A DNA stretch of 63,825 bases, filler included. It is 7 parts of 7 records of this genome, joined end to end, with 100 filler letters (N's around TTAATTAATTAA, not from the genome) between each part and the next. Parts side by side here need not be neighbours in the genome. Positions count along the whole stretch, not along the records: positions 14,124 to 24,638 come from DRR723986_10884; positions 24,739 to 30,191 come from DRR723986_10906; positions 30,292 to 43,745 come from DRR723986_10908; 4 more parts are not named here. The stretch is one strand, 5' to 3'. A model generated the notes under the pieces. It was not told where the DNA came from. It worked only from the letters and a program-made list of their open reading frames with translations, and made no database searches. How positions within the stretch are numbered: position 1 is the stretch's first letter; each line of letters starts with the position of its first letter. Positions 20,211-30,754 of the stretch are shown one piece after another. The position numbers and the translations under genes were made by a program.

Positions 20211-20708
20211 ATGGCCGATGAACAAGCAGCAGCACAAACCGACCAGCCGCAGCAGACCTTTGCCTTGCAGCGCATCTATACCAAGGACATTTCCTTTGAG
20301 TCTCCCGGTAGCCCCAACATTTTCCGCAAGCAGTGGCAGCCGAAAATCAACGTCGACCTGAACACCAAGAGCGACGCAATCGACGAGCAGGGCAACTTCG
20401 AGGTGGTCCTCACCATCACCCTCACTGCCAAGGTCGAGGAAGAGACGGCATTCCTGGTGGAAGTCCAGCAGGCTGGCATTTTCATGATCAGCGGGCTGCA
20501 GGACGAAAGCCTGCGCATGGCCCTGGGTACCGCAGCGCCGAATATCCTGTTTCCATATGCCCGTGAAAATATCGACTCGCTTTGCGTCAAGGGCGGCTTT
20601 CCGCCGGTAATGCTGGCGCCGGTCAATTTTGATGCCTTGTACCAGCAGGCGATGGCCCAGGCGCAGGCCCAGTCCGGTGCCGAGGGCGGCGAGCCCGCAA
20701 CCCACTGA
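20211..20708 (+). CDS. secB: Protein export chaperone SecB
   Basis: QRIYTKDISFESP, EVQQAGIF, ILFPYARE, GGFPP. Confidence 0.96.
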   Translation: MADEQAAAQTDQPQQTFALQRIYTKDISFESPGSPNIFRKQWQPKINVDLNTKSDAIDEQGNFEVVLTITLTAKVEEETAFLVEVQQAGIFMISGLQDESLRMALGTAAPNILFPYARENIDSLCVKGGFPPVMLAPVNFDALYQQAMAQAQAQSGAEGGEPATH

Positions 20709-20732
20709 CAGCGGTTGCAAGCACTGCCGAAT

Positions 20733-20754
20733 AAGGGGCTGCGGCCCCTTTTTT
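20733..20754 (+). terminator. Rho-independent terminator after secB
   Basis: AAGGGGC-TGCG-GCCCCTT followed by TTTT. Confidence 0.75.
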
Positions 20755-20766
20755 GTGCGCGGTGGT

Positions 20767-21231
20767 TTAGGCGAGCCCGGGATCCCCGAGCTGGCGCAGG
20801 GCCTCATAGAGCACCACCGCTGCCGCGTTGCTCAGGTTGAGGCTGCGGCTGTCCTCGCGCATGGGTATGCGCAGGCAGTGATCCGGCCCGAGATCGTTCA
20901 GCACCGAATCGGGCAGGCCTCGGGTTTCCGGGCCGAGCATCAGCGCGTCACCGGGGGCGTAGCGCGCCTGGTGATGCAGGCGAGTGGCGCGGGTGGTAAT
21001 GCCAAACAGGCGCAACTGCGGGTGCCGGTCACGAAATGCATCGAGGCTGGCGTGACGGCGCACCGTGGCGAATTCCCGATAGTCCAGCCCGGCCCGGCGC
21101 AGGCGCTTGTCGTCCAGTTCGAAACCCAGTGGTTCGATCAGGTGCAGTGTGGTTCCCGTGTTGGCGCACAGGCGGATGATGTTGCCGGTATTAGGGGGGA
21201 TTTCCGGCTGGTAGAGCACCAGGTGCAGCAT
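20767..21231 (-). CDS. trmL: tRNA (cytidine/uridine34-2'-O)-methyltransferase
   Basis: PEIPPNTGNIIRLCAN, RRAGLDY, GPETRGL, RSLNLSN. Confidence 0.95.
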   Translation of the reverse strand: MLHLVLYQPEIPPNTGNIIRLCANTGTTLHLIEPLGFELDDKRLRRAGLDYREFATVRRHASLDAFRDRHPQLRLFGITTRATRLHHQARYAPGDALMLGPETRGLPDSVLNDLGPDHCLRIPMREDSRSLNLSNAAAVVLYEALRQLGDPGLA

Positions 21232-21242
21232 CGTCCTGGCGC

Positions 21243-22638
<1,396 letters not shown>

Positions 22639-22646
<8 letters not shown>

Positions 22647-23697
22647 CGTCCGTGTCCATTGGTAGATAGAAGGTGAATCGGGTTGCCCCGGGTTCGCTCT
22701 GGCATTCGAGCAAACCCCCGTGGCGGTTGATAATTGACTGTGAGATCGACAGGCCCAGACCTGTTCCGTCGGCGCGGCCGGTGACCATGGGGACGAAGAT
22801 AGCTTGCTGCATGTCGTCCGGTACCCCCGGTCCGTTGTCGATAATATCCAGGCGGCACACCAGGCGATGGCGGCGGCTGCCGATAGTGAACTGGCGCTGG
22901 GAGCGGGTGCGCACGATGATGTGGCACTGCGCTGGATCCGGAGCCGCCTGCAGCGCGTTGCGCATCACATTGAGGACAGCCTGGATGAGCTGAGCGCGAT
23001 CGCCGGTGAGATCGGGCAGGCTCGGGTCGTAGTCCCGCTCCACCAGTTCCCGGTTACCCGCCTCGACACAGATCAGGTTGCGCACGTGCTCGAGAATCTC
23101 GTGAATGTTCACCGGCTCCATGCTGGGCTGCCGATCGGGACCGAGCAGCCGATCGACCAGGTCCCGCAGGCGGTCTGCTTCCCGGATGATGATGTTGGTG
23201 TATTCGTTCAGCGACTCGTCGGGGAGCTCGCGGGCCAGCAGCTGTGCCGCGCCGCGCACGCCCCCCAGGGGGTTCTTGATCTCATGGGCCAGGCCGCGAA
23301 TCACCGCGCGCGTGGTCTCCTGGGCATGGAACAGGTTCTCCTCCCGGCTGATACGTAGCAGCCGGTCCACCGGCTGTATTTCCAGCAGCAGGGCCGTACT
23401 GCCGTCCGCCAGGCCCAGCGGGGTAATCATCAGGTCGACCTGTATTTCCTGTCCCGAGTGCAGGGGCAGGGTAAAGCCACGCCGGACCACCGGGATGGCC
23501 TCGTCCCGGGCCTGCTCCAACACTGACAGCCACTCCCGCGGTCGGGCCAGCAGGTGGCGGGCCTGCATACCCAGAATGCGCGCTTGCGACAGCTGCAGCA
23601 GGTCCTCCCCGGCGGGATTGATCGCGGTGACAACCAGCTGTGGATCGAGGCTGATGACGCCGGTGCTGATATTGTCGAGGATGTACCGATGTTGCAT
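22639..23697 (-). CDS. ntrB: Nitrogen regulation sensor kinase NR(II)
   Basis: PAS, LAHEIKNPLGG, DYDPSLP, GTGLGL. Confidence 0.95.
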
Positions 23698-23742
23698 GTG
23701 TGCCCTGTCTCTGAACGCCCGGCGCTAGCCGTCTGTTGAGTT

Positions 23743-23759
23743 AGCAAGATCGGAGCCAA
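23743..23759 (-). promoter_or_regulatory. sigma54 (-24/-12) promoter of ntrBC
   Basis: Minus strand TTGGCTCCGATCTTGCT = GG-N10-GC, about 45 bp upstream of ntrB. Confidence 0.7.
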
Positions 23760-23905
23760 AACGGGGCATTTTTCTGTTGCTGTTGGCAACGATCGATTTC
23801 AGTGGGCTGAAGAGAGAGTAAGCACTAACTTGCATGCCCCATGAGGGCGCAGCTTGGAAATATTGGCAGAATTGGCAGTGTGCCGATAGTTCATGCTGCG
23901 CGCCT

Positions 23906-23922
23906 TGCACCATAATGGTGCA
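23906..23922. promoter_or_regulatory. NtrC binding site
   Basis: TGCACCA-TAA-TGGTGCA, the consensus NtrC palindrome, about 150 bp upstream of the sigma54 site. Confidence 0.85.
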
Positions 23923-23944
23923 GAGGCCGCGGAATGTCCACCGT

Positions 23945-24472
23945 TCAGCCGGGGGCGCGAATCGGGCGCAGGACGAGGATTCTTACCGGCTCCGAGGCAG
24001 CGACTTCCTCGCCGTCGGCGTCCAGGCGCAGGACGACAATGTCGTGTTCACCGCGCCGGATGTTGGTCAGGTTCCACTGGCCGCGGCTTTGCGGCTCCTG
24101 CCAGGGCGTGCCGCTCAGAATCAGCTGCAGGGATTCGCCCTGGGCCAGTGACGGTGACGTGGTAGCAGCGACGGAGAAGTTGCCAGGCCCCATCGGGATC
24201 ACGGTGTCATTGACTGGTGCGATGACCGATACCGCGTAGTCAGGTGCCCTGGCTGCCTTGTCCTGCCGTGTTGCGGGGGCGAGGTCCGGGCGTTCCTCGG
24301 GCGGCGGCGTGGTATTGGTGCGGTTCAGCTCGACCGCCTCTGCGTCGATACCCTGGGTGGCAGGCGGGCGATCGGTATACACAACATTGCCCTGCTCATC
24401 GGTGGTTCGGTATATCTGAGCCGATACGGCTGCGGAGGCGAATACCAGCGCGATTATCAACATGCGGGTCAT
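23945..24472 (-). CDS. DUF4124 domain exported protein
   Basis: Signal peptide plus IYRTTDEQGNVVYTDRPP; lies between glnA and ntrB as in Pseudomonas-like genomes. Confidence 0.85.
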   Translation of the reverse strand: MTRMLIIALVFASAAVSAQIYRTTDEQGNVVYTDRPPATQGIDAEAVELNRTNTTPPPEERPDLAPATRQDKAARAPDYAVSVIAPVNDTVIPMGPGNFSVAATTSPSLAQGESLQLILSGTPWQEPQSRGQWNLTNIRRGEHDIVVLRLDADGEEVAASEPVRILVLRPIRAPG

Positions 24473-24546
24473 GGACGGTCTCCCCTGACGTTGGCCCTAC
24501 AGTATCAGAAAAGCCCCAGGCACAAGAGTTCCATCCGGAGAAAACG

Positions 24547-24572
24547 AAAAAGCCCGCACGAGGCGGGCTTTT
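24547..24572 (-). terminator. Terminator after glnA
   Basis: AAAAGCCCGC-ACGAG-GCGGGCTTTT. Confidence 0.8.
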
Positions 24573-24589
24573 CCGGTGGTGAGGGTTAA

Positions 24590-24638
24590 TCAGACGGAGT
24601 AGTACATGTCGAACTCGACCGGGTGAGTGGTCATGTTC
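24590..24638 (-). CDS. glnA: Glutamine synthetase type I, 3' end
   Basis: NMTTHPVEFDMYYSV*; upstream of ntrBC. Confidence 0.88.
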
Positions 24639-24738
24639 NNNNNNNNNNNNNNNNNNNNNNNNNNNNNNNNNNNNNNNNNNNNTTAATTAATTAANNNNNN
24701 NNNNNNNNNNNNNNNNNNNNNNNNNNNNNNNNNNNNNN

Positions 24739-24874
24739 TGAACTGGTTCATCCCCGCGTTGGTAAACAGCAGAGTGGGATCATCGTGGGGTACCAGTGAA
24801 CTGCTGGGCACAATGGCATGCCCTTGCTGCTGGAAATATTCGAGGAATGCTTGTCGCAACTCTGCGGTTTTCAT
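24739..24874 (-). CDS. alaS: Alanine--tRNA ligase, 5' fragment
   Basis: [14 protein letters not shown]...[22 protein letters not shown]. Confidence 0.95.
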
Positions 24875-25032
24875 AGACCTTTGATACCTTTCGACCTGAT
24901 ACACCTTGCCAGACACCCGCCGAATGAACCGCCGGGTCTGAGGTTAAATGCGATTACTTACATGCGTGTGCAAATCGGCTACTCTAGCACACGCCGAGAA
25001 CTTGAAAAACGTGAAAACTCACAGGAGACGCC

Positions 25033-25569
25033 ATGCCCCGACGCTTTCATGAAGCCGATGAACTTCTGCCACCGGCGACCGGACTGAAACGTGCCTTGGC
25101 CATCATTTACGATGGACTGATCAGTATCGCCGTGCTGCTTGTCGCCAGCTGGGTGTACACCATGATTGCGGGATGGATTACGGGTTGGGATCGCTATGAA
25201 CAAATGGCCGAAGCCGGTGAACTCTCAGGAGACCCGGGGCTGACCTTCGTTCTGTTTCTGGTGCTGTATCTGTTTTTCGCCTACTTCTGGACCCGCATCG
25301 GCCAGACCCTCGGCATGCAGGTATGGCGCGTTCGCATCGAGAATCTTGATGGCACCTCCGTGAGCTGGACCCAGGCCCTGATTCGCTATGTTACCGCTGC
25401 GATCGTCGTTTTCCTGAGCATTCTCGGCGCCTACTACCTGGGCGCGCTGACGTTGTTGCTCAGCATCCCGGCCATCATCGCGCTGTTCTATCCCATCAAT
25501 GGGTTGTCGCTGACCGACCGCACCTCCAACAGCGTGGTTGTTCAGGTGGCCAGGCCCGAGAAAAAATAG
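25033..25569 (+). CDS. RDD family membrane protein
   Basis: RALAIIYD, GQTLGMQVWRVR, LTDRTS. Confidence 0.88.
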   Translation: MPRRFHEADELLPPATGLKRALAIIYDGLISIAVLLVASWVYTMIAGWITGWDRYEQMAEAGELSGDPGLTFVLFLVLYLFFAYFWTRIGQTLGMQVWRVRIENLDGTSVSWTQALIRYVTAAIVVFLSILGAYYLGALTLLLSIPAIIALFYPINGLSLTDRTSNSVVVQVARPEKK

Positions 25570-25577
25570 GTCCGGCA

Positions 25578-26639
25578 CTACCCTGCCCGACGCATCAGGA
25601 CGGCTCCGACAATACCGTTAACAACAATCGGAGCCAGCACCGCGATCAGCGGATTAAAGCCATAAACCATACTCATCGGCCCCAGCAGATCCTGCATATA
25701 CTTGAACAGCAATCCCACCAGCAGACCGGTAAATACCCGGAACCCCATGGTCACAGACCGCAGTGGCCCGAACACAAAGGAGATGGCGACCAACACCATC
25801 ACCGCCGTGCCCAGGGGCATCAGTGCCTTTTTCCAGAACGCGAGCCAGTATTGTGCCGCACTCAGCCCCTGCTCTCCGAGATAGGCCGCGTAGGTATACA
25901 GGCCCGTCATCGACAGATTCTCCGGCTTCACAATCAGTACACTCAGCACGCTCGGCGACAGGCCGGTCTCCCAACGCAGTGACGCACTCACATCACGCAC
26001 TGTACGCTCCGGCTCAATACGGGTGGAAGTCACGTTCTCCAGCAACCAGTAGTCGCCCTGGTAGATGGCACGCTCGGCGAAGCTGGCAACCTGCAATTGC
26101 CGGGCATCGTCAAACCGGAACATCGAAACCCCATGCAACACACCGTTTGGCTGAACCGCATTCAGGTGCATGAAGGTATTGCCTTCGCGATGCCACACCC
26201 CTTCGGCGGAAGCCATGCTGCTCCCCGCACCTAACGCCACCGCCTTGTCACTCTGGGCAATACGTTCGGTGATCGGCGCGACATACTCACCTATCGCCAC
26301 GCCGAGCAGAACCACGATCAGCGCCGGCTTCATGGCAGACCAGACAATGCGTTTGAGCGACACGCCGGCTGCCCGGATCACCGTCAGCTCCGAGGAACTG
26401 GCCATGGAGCCCAGGCCGACAAGGCAACCCATGAAGGCGCCAAGAGGCAGGTAATCGTAGATTCGCCGTGGCAAAGTCAGCGCCACATACCACAGCGCCT
26501 GCAGGGTTTGATATTCGTTGCGCGTGTCTTCCAGTTCAGCAATGAATGCAAAGATCACATCCAGCGACAAAACCACAACCATAACCAGGAACATGGCGCC
26601 GCCAACAGTACGCATGACATAACCATCGATCTTATGCAC
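25578..26639 (-). CDS. lptG: LPS export ABC permease LptG
   Basis: SSELTVIRAAGVS, FGPLRSVTMG; follows lptF. Confidence 0.93.
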   Translation of the reverse strand: MHKIDGYVMRTVGGAMFLVMVVVLSLDVIFAFIAELEDTRNEYQTLQALWYVALTLPRRIYDYLPLGAFMGCLVGLGSMASSSELTVIRAAGVSLKRIVWSAMKPALIVVLLGVAIGEYVAPITERIAQSDKAVALGAGSSMASAEGVWHREGNTFMHLNAVQPNGVLHGVSMFRFDDARQLQVASFAERAIYQGDYWLLENVTSTRIEPERTVRDVSASLRWETGLSPSVLSVLIVKPENLSMTGLYTYAAYLGEQGLSAAQYWLAFWKKALMPLGTAVMVLVAISFVFGPLRSVTMGFRVFTGLLVGLLFKYMQDLLGPMSMVYGFNPLIAVLAPIVVNGIVGAVLMRRAG

Positions 26640-27735
26640 GCTGGCGCCCCTCCCTCTCAAGACGACGACGGTTCAGCCACCCGGGGCCAAACTGCAGCCA
26701 CAGGCCGAGCGCCAGGAACAGCGCATGCACCCAGAGCATCCCCACCCATTCAGGCACCTTTTCATCCGCCAGCGCATCCCGCGCCACAATCAGTAAGCCC
26801 AGATAGGTGATGTAAACCAGCATTGCCGGCAACAGATGGAAAAAGCGCCCCTGCCGGGGGTTCACCCGACTGAGCCGCACGGCCAGCAAGGTGACGATGG
26901 GCACAATCAACGGTAACGATATTCGCCAGTGCAAGAGAGCCCGGTCTTCCGGATCATCCGAGGTCCAAAGTGCCAGCGTACTCAGGCCTTCCTCCAGCTC
27001 TTTGCTGCCCTCCTGGCCGCTGACGATCTTCAAACCGTAGGCTTCAAACTCAGTGACATTGTAATCAAGCCGGCCGGGAGCGCCCTGAAAACGCCCGCCA
27101 TCCTCCAGCACCAGAAACCGGCTGCCGGTTTCCTCGTCAATGAACTGGGAGCCAGACTCCGCAGTGATCAGAGTGACACCCTTACCGTCCTTGTCGTACT
27201 CGGCAATAAACACCCCCTGCAACTGGCGCTTGTCGTCGCTCAGGGCCTCGGTGTAAGTGACCCGATCACCGGAGGTAAAGTCCTGAAACCGCCCCGGGGC
27301 CAGCATTTCAAACTCGGTGGCCTTTCGCTGCTCGTTAAAGATGTGCTCCACCTGTTTCATGCCCCAGGGAGAGATGTAAAGGCTCATGGCCCCCACCACC
27401 AGCATGACCGGCAACGCCCCAAGCAACGTTTTCGCCAGCAACTGCTTTTCACTCACACCGCAGGCGAACAACACCGTCATCTCGCTTTCGAGGTACATCC
27501 GGCCATACGCCAGCAGAATTCCGATAAACAGGCCCAGGGGCAGAATTAATTCCAGAAACCCGGGGAAACGATACCCCATAATCGCAAACAGGACGCCGGC
27601 CGCAATCTCGCCCTCAGCAGCATCGGCCAGATACTTGATAAAACGCCCACTCATGAACACCAGCAACAGAATGCCTGACACCGCAAGCATACTGACCATG
27701 ATCTGGCGAATGAGGTAACGGAAGATAATACTCAA
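26632..27735 (-). CDS. lptF: LPS export ABC permease LptF
   Basis: IIFRYL, GRMYLESEM, VNPRQGRF; divergent from pepA. Confidence 0.93.
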   Translation of the reverse strand: MSIIFRYLIRQIMVSMLAVSGILLLVFMSGRFIKYLADAAEGEIAAGVLFAIMGYRFPGFLELILPLGLFIGILLAYGRMYLESEMTVLFACGVSEKQLLAKTLLGALPVMLVVGAMSLYISPWGMKQVEHIFNEQRKATEFEMLAPGRFQDFTSGDRVTYTEALSDDKRQLQGVFIAEYDKDGKGVTLITAESGSQFIDEETGSRFLVLEDGGRFQGAPGRLDYNVTEFEAYGLKIVSGQEGSKELEEGLSTLALWTSDDPEDRALLHWRISLPLIVPIVTLLAVRLSRVNPRQGRFFHLLPAMLVYITYLGLLIVARDALADEKVPEWVGMLWVHALFLALGLWLQFGPGWLNRRRLEREGRQRA

Positions 27736-27960
27736 ATCAGTCTCTCTGGCGGCGCCGTCATTGGAGATGGAGGTTAAGGAGAACAGCGCGTATTCTATGT
27801 AACCTGGCCGACGAATGACAGTACGGGGCCTACACGATAAAACCATCGTAACGAAGCGGGCACCCGGCTTGATTAATAAAGGCTTTGCCCCAATCCTTAT
27901 GAGCATTGCCATCAACATTCAATTCAATTGAATAAAGCACAATCTGACAACGGAGTTGCC

Positions 27961-29451
27961 ATGAATTTCAGCCTGAGCAGCAAAGCCATCACAGCCACCA
28001 AAGCCGACTGCCTGGTTATCGGCCTGCCTGAGAAAGGCGAGTGGCCAGAATCCACCAAAGCGGCAGACGACGCGCTGGGCGGACTGATCAAGCAACTCGA
28101 GAAAGCCGGCGACCTGACCGGCAAGAACGCCTCCGTGAATACCCTGCCCCTGGTGGATCAACCCTGGCAGCGCGTTGTGGTAATTGGCACCGGCAAAGAT
28201 GCAGACCGCACAGCCACAGCCTATCGTAAGAGCCTGATTGCCATGACCGGCGCATTGAAAGATGGCCCCTCCAAAAGTGCACTGATCAGCCTGACCGATA
28301 CTGCGGTTCAGGGCGAAGCTGCGGTCAGCTCTGAAGAAGCCCGGCTAAACCTGATTGGCCGGATTCTGGAAGACCAGCTCTACACCTTCACCGAATTCAA
28401 AAGCGACAAGCCTGCCGCCCGCAAACTGAAAAAAGTTGTGGTACAGGCATCCGGCGCCGGCAAGTCCCTGAAAGATGCTTTCAACCTTGGCCTGGCCACC
28501 GGCCGCGGCATGAACTACACCAAAGACCTGGGCAACACTCCACCCAACATCTGCCACCCGGTCTGGCTTGCCGAACAGGCCAAGGCCATGGCCAAAGACT
28601 ACGACTCCATCCAGACCGAAGTTCTGGACGAGAAGCAGATGGAAAAACTGGGCATGAACACCATCCTGGCCGTAGGCAAAGGTTCCAAGCAGCCTCCGCG
28701 CCTGATCGTGATGGAATACCGTGGCGGCAAGGCCAAAGACAAACCCTACGTACTGGTGGGGAAAGGCATCACCTTCGATACCGGCGGCATCAGCCTCAAG
28801 CCTGGCGAAGGCATGGACGAAATGAAATACGATATGGGCGGTTCTGCCAGCGTTTTCGGCACCATGAAAGTCCTGGCTGAAACCAAACCCAAGATCAACG
28901 TGGTTGCCGTGATCGCTGCCGCTGAAAACATGCCAGACGGCGGTGCCTCCCGCCCCGGCGATATCGTCAAAACCCTGAGCGGCATGACCGTCGAAATCCT
29001 CAACACGGACGCCGAAGGCCGCCTGGTACTGTGCGACGCCCTCACCTACGTGAAGAAATTTGACCCGGCAGCCGTGGTCGACATGGCCACCCTCACCGGC
29101 GCCTGCATTATCGCCCTGGGCAGTCACGCCACCGGCCTGTTGTCCAACAACGACGAGCTTGCGAACGAACTGCTCGCCGCCGGCGAACGCACCGGCGACC
29201 GCGCCTGGCGCCTGCCTCTGTGGGACGAATACCAGAGCCAGCTCGACAGCAATTTCGCAGACATGGCCAACATTGGCGGCCGCCCCGCGGGCACCATTAC
29301 CGCCGCCTGCTTCCTGAGCCGCTTCGCCAAGGACTACCGCTGGGCCCACCTGGATATCGCGGGCACCGCCTGGAACTCCGGCAAAGCCAAAGGCGCCACC
29401 GGCCGCCCGGTCCCCCTGCTGGTCGACTACCTGATGACCCATGCAGGATAA
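27961..29451 (+). CDS. pepA: Leucyl aminopeptidase (M17)
   Basis: GKGITFDTGG, MKYDMGG, NTDAEGRL, HLDIAG. Confidence 0.97.
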   Translation: MNFSLSSKAITATKADCLVIGLPEKGEWPESTKAADDALGGLIKQLEKAGDLTGKNASVNTLPLVDQPWQRVVVIGTGKDADRTATAYRKSLIAMTGALKDGPSKSALISLTDTAVQGEAAVSSEEARLNLIGRILEDQLYTFTEFKSDKPAARKLKKVVVQASGAGKSLKDAFNLGLATGRGMNYTKDLGNTPPNICHPVWLAEQAKAMAKDYDSIQTEVLDEKQMEKLGMNTILAVGKGSKQPPRLIVMEYRGGKAKDKPYVLVGKGITFDTGGISLKPGEGMDEMKYDMGGSASVFGTMKVLAETKPKINVVAVIAAAENMPDGGASRPGDIVKTLSGMTVEILNTDAEGRLVLCDALTYVKKFDPAAVVDMATLTGACIIALGSHATGLLSNNDELANELLAAGERTGDRAWRLPLWDEYQSQLDSNFADMANIGGRPAGTITAACFLSRFAKDYRWAHLDIAGTAWNSGKAKGATGRPVPLLVDYLMTHAG

Positions 29452-29953
29452 CCAGCCAAACCCTTCCCCGGAGCCCGGCAGCCTCGCTGCCGGCCCCTCC
29501 GGCCGGGACGATAAAAACCAGCGCTACTGGTTCCACATCCTCGCCCAGAACACCCACGCCGCCCGCAACCTCCACGCCGCCAAACTCGTGGACAAAGCCT
29601 GGCAGCAGGGCGACCGTGTGTGCGTTCTTTGTGACACCGAAGAACAGGCCGTGGAACTCGACGACCTGCTGTGGAACTTCACCCCCGAAGCCTTCATCCC
29701 TCACAGCATCGCCAAAGAACCAACCACAGCTTGCACCGACCCCGTTGGCATTTTGCTCTACCCGCCAGCCGCTGTGGATTGGGATACCGTTATCGTCTTG
29801 TCCTCAAGCCTGCCTGAAGACGCTGACCAATACCGCCGCCTGGCCCTGGTGGCCCACAATGACCCGGCGGTATTGAATCAGGCTCGTGGGCATTACAAGC
29901 AGTTGCGGACACTGGGCATTGAAGCTCGGGTGCATGATATGCGGAAACGCTAG
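29441..29953 (+). CDS. holC: DNA polymerase III subunit chi
   Basis: LDDLLWNFTPEAFIPH; pepA-holC-valS synteny. Confidence 0.9.
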   Translation: MQDNQPNPSPEPGSLAAGPSGRDDKNQRYWFHILAQNTHAARNLHAAKLVDKAWQQGDRVCVLCDTEEQAVELDDLLWNFTPEAFIPHSIAKEPTTACTDPVGILLYPPAAVDWDTVIVLSSSLPEDADQYRRLALVAHNDPAVLNQARGHYKQLRTLGIEARVHDMRKR

Positions 29954-30044
29954 CCAGGTTCGCCGCAATCAAGACGACCATGTATAATCGTCCGATTCAG
30001 AATTTCCCTATGTGAATCAACCAAAACGGTCACTGCATAATCCC

Positions 30045-30191
30045 ATGGAAAAAAACTACCAGCCAGAAAACATCGAGCGCCAGTGGTACGAAAACTGGGA
30101 ATCCAAAGGCTATTTCCGCCCCAGCGGCGAAGGCGACTCCTACAGCATCGCCATCCCGCCACCCAACGTGACCGGCAGCCTGCACATGGGC
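30045..30191 (+). CDS. valS: Valine--tRNA ligase, 5' fragment
   Basis: MEKNYQP...[13 protein letters not shown]. Confidence 0.95.
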
Positions 30192-30291
30192 NNNNNNNNN
30201 NNNNNNNNNNNNNNNNNNNNNNNNNNNNNNNNNNNTTAATTAATTAANNNNNNNNNNNNNNNNNNNNNNNNNNNNNNNNNNNNNNNNNNNN

Positions 30292-30754
30292 CATGCATGA
30301 ATCAGCCAAGGTCAAAGTCATCTTTGCACGCGTTAACGAAGGCCCCAACCAAGGACTGTATCAGCTGTCTTTGCGACAAGGGTATTATTCCTATTGGAAC
30401 CGCCTTGTTGATCCTGCTTGGCTGGCTGAACACTGGCGGGGCGATCTGGACATCACTCTTGGGCACAAGGTCAGCGCAGTTGATCTGGGAAATGGGCTGA
30501 CCATCACCGGGTTTGATGCCGCGATACATCCGGGCAGCAAGTTCTTTATGACCTTGGCACCCGGGGCCGAAGAGCAAAATGCCCCCGGCGGCTTTACCCT
30601 GCAACGCTTCACCGGGGGATGGGCTGAACCTGATGGCATGTCCGCCAGCCAAAGCATGGCCCTGCGTGATGACGTCGATTTTGACCCCGCCGCCTATCTG
30701 CGCGCGCTTTCGAGCGAAATCCTGTCCATCCCTCTGACGGAGATCCCTCAATGA
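30292..30754 (+). CDS. Hypothetical protein, probably 5'-partial at contig start
   Basis: Open frame at the contig edge; stop overlaps the next ATG (ATGA). Confidence 0.6.
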
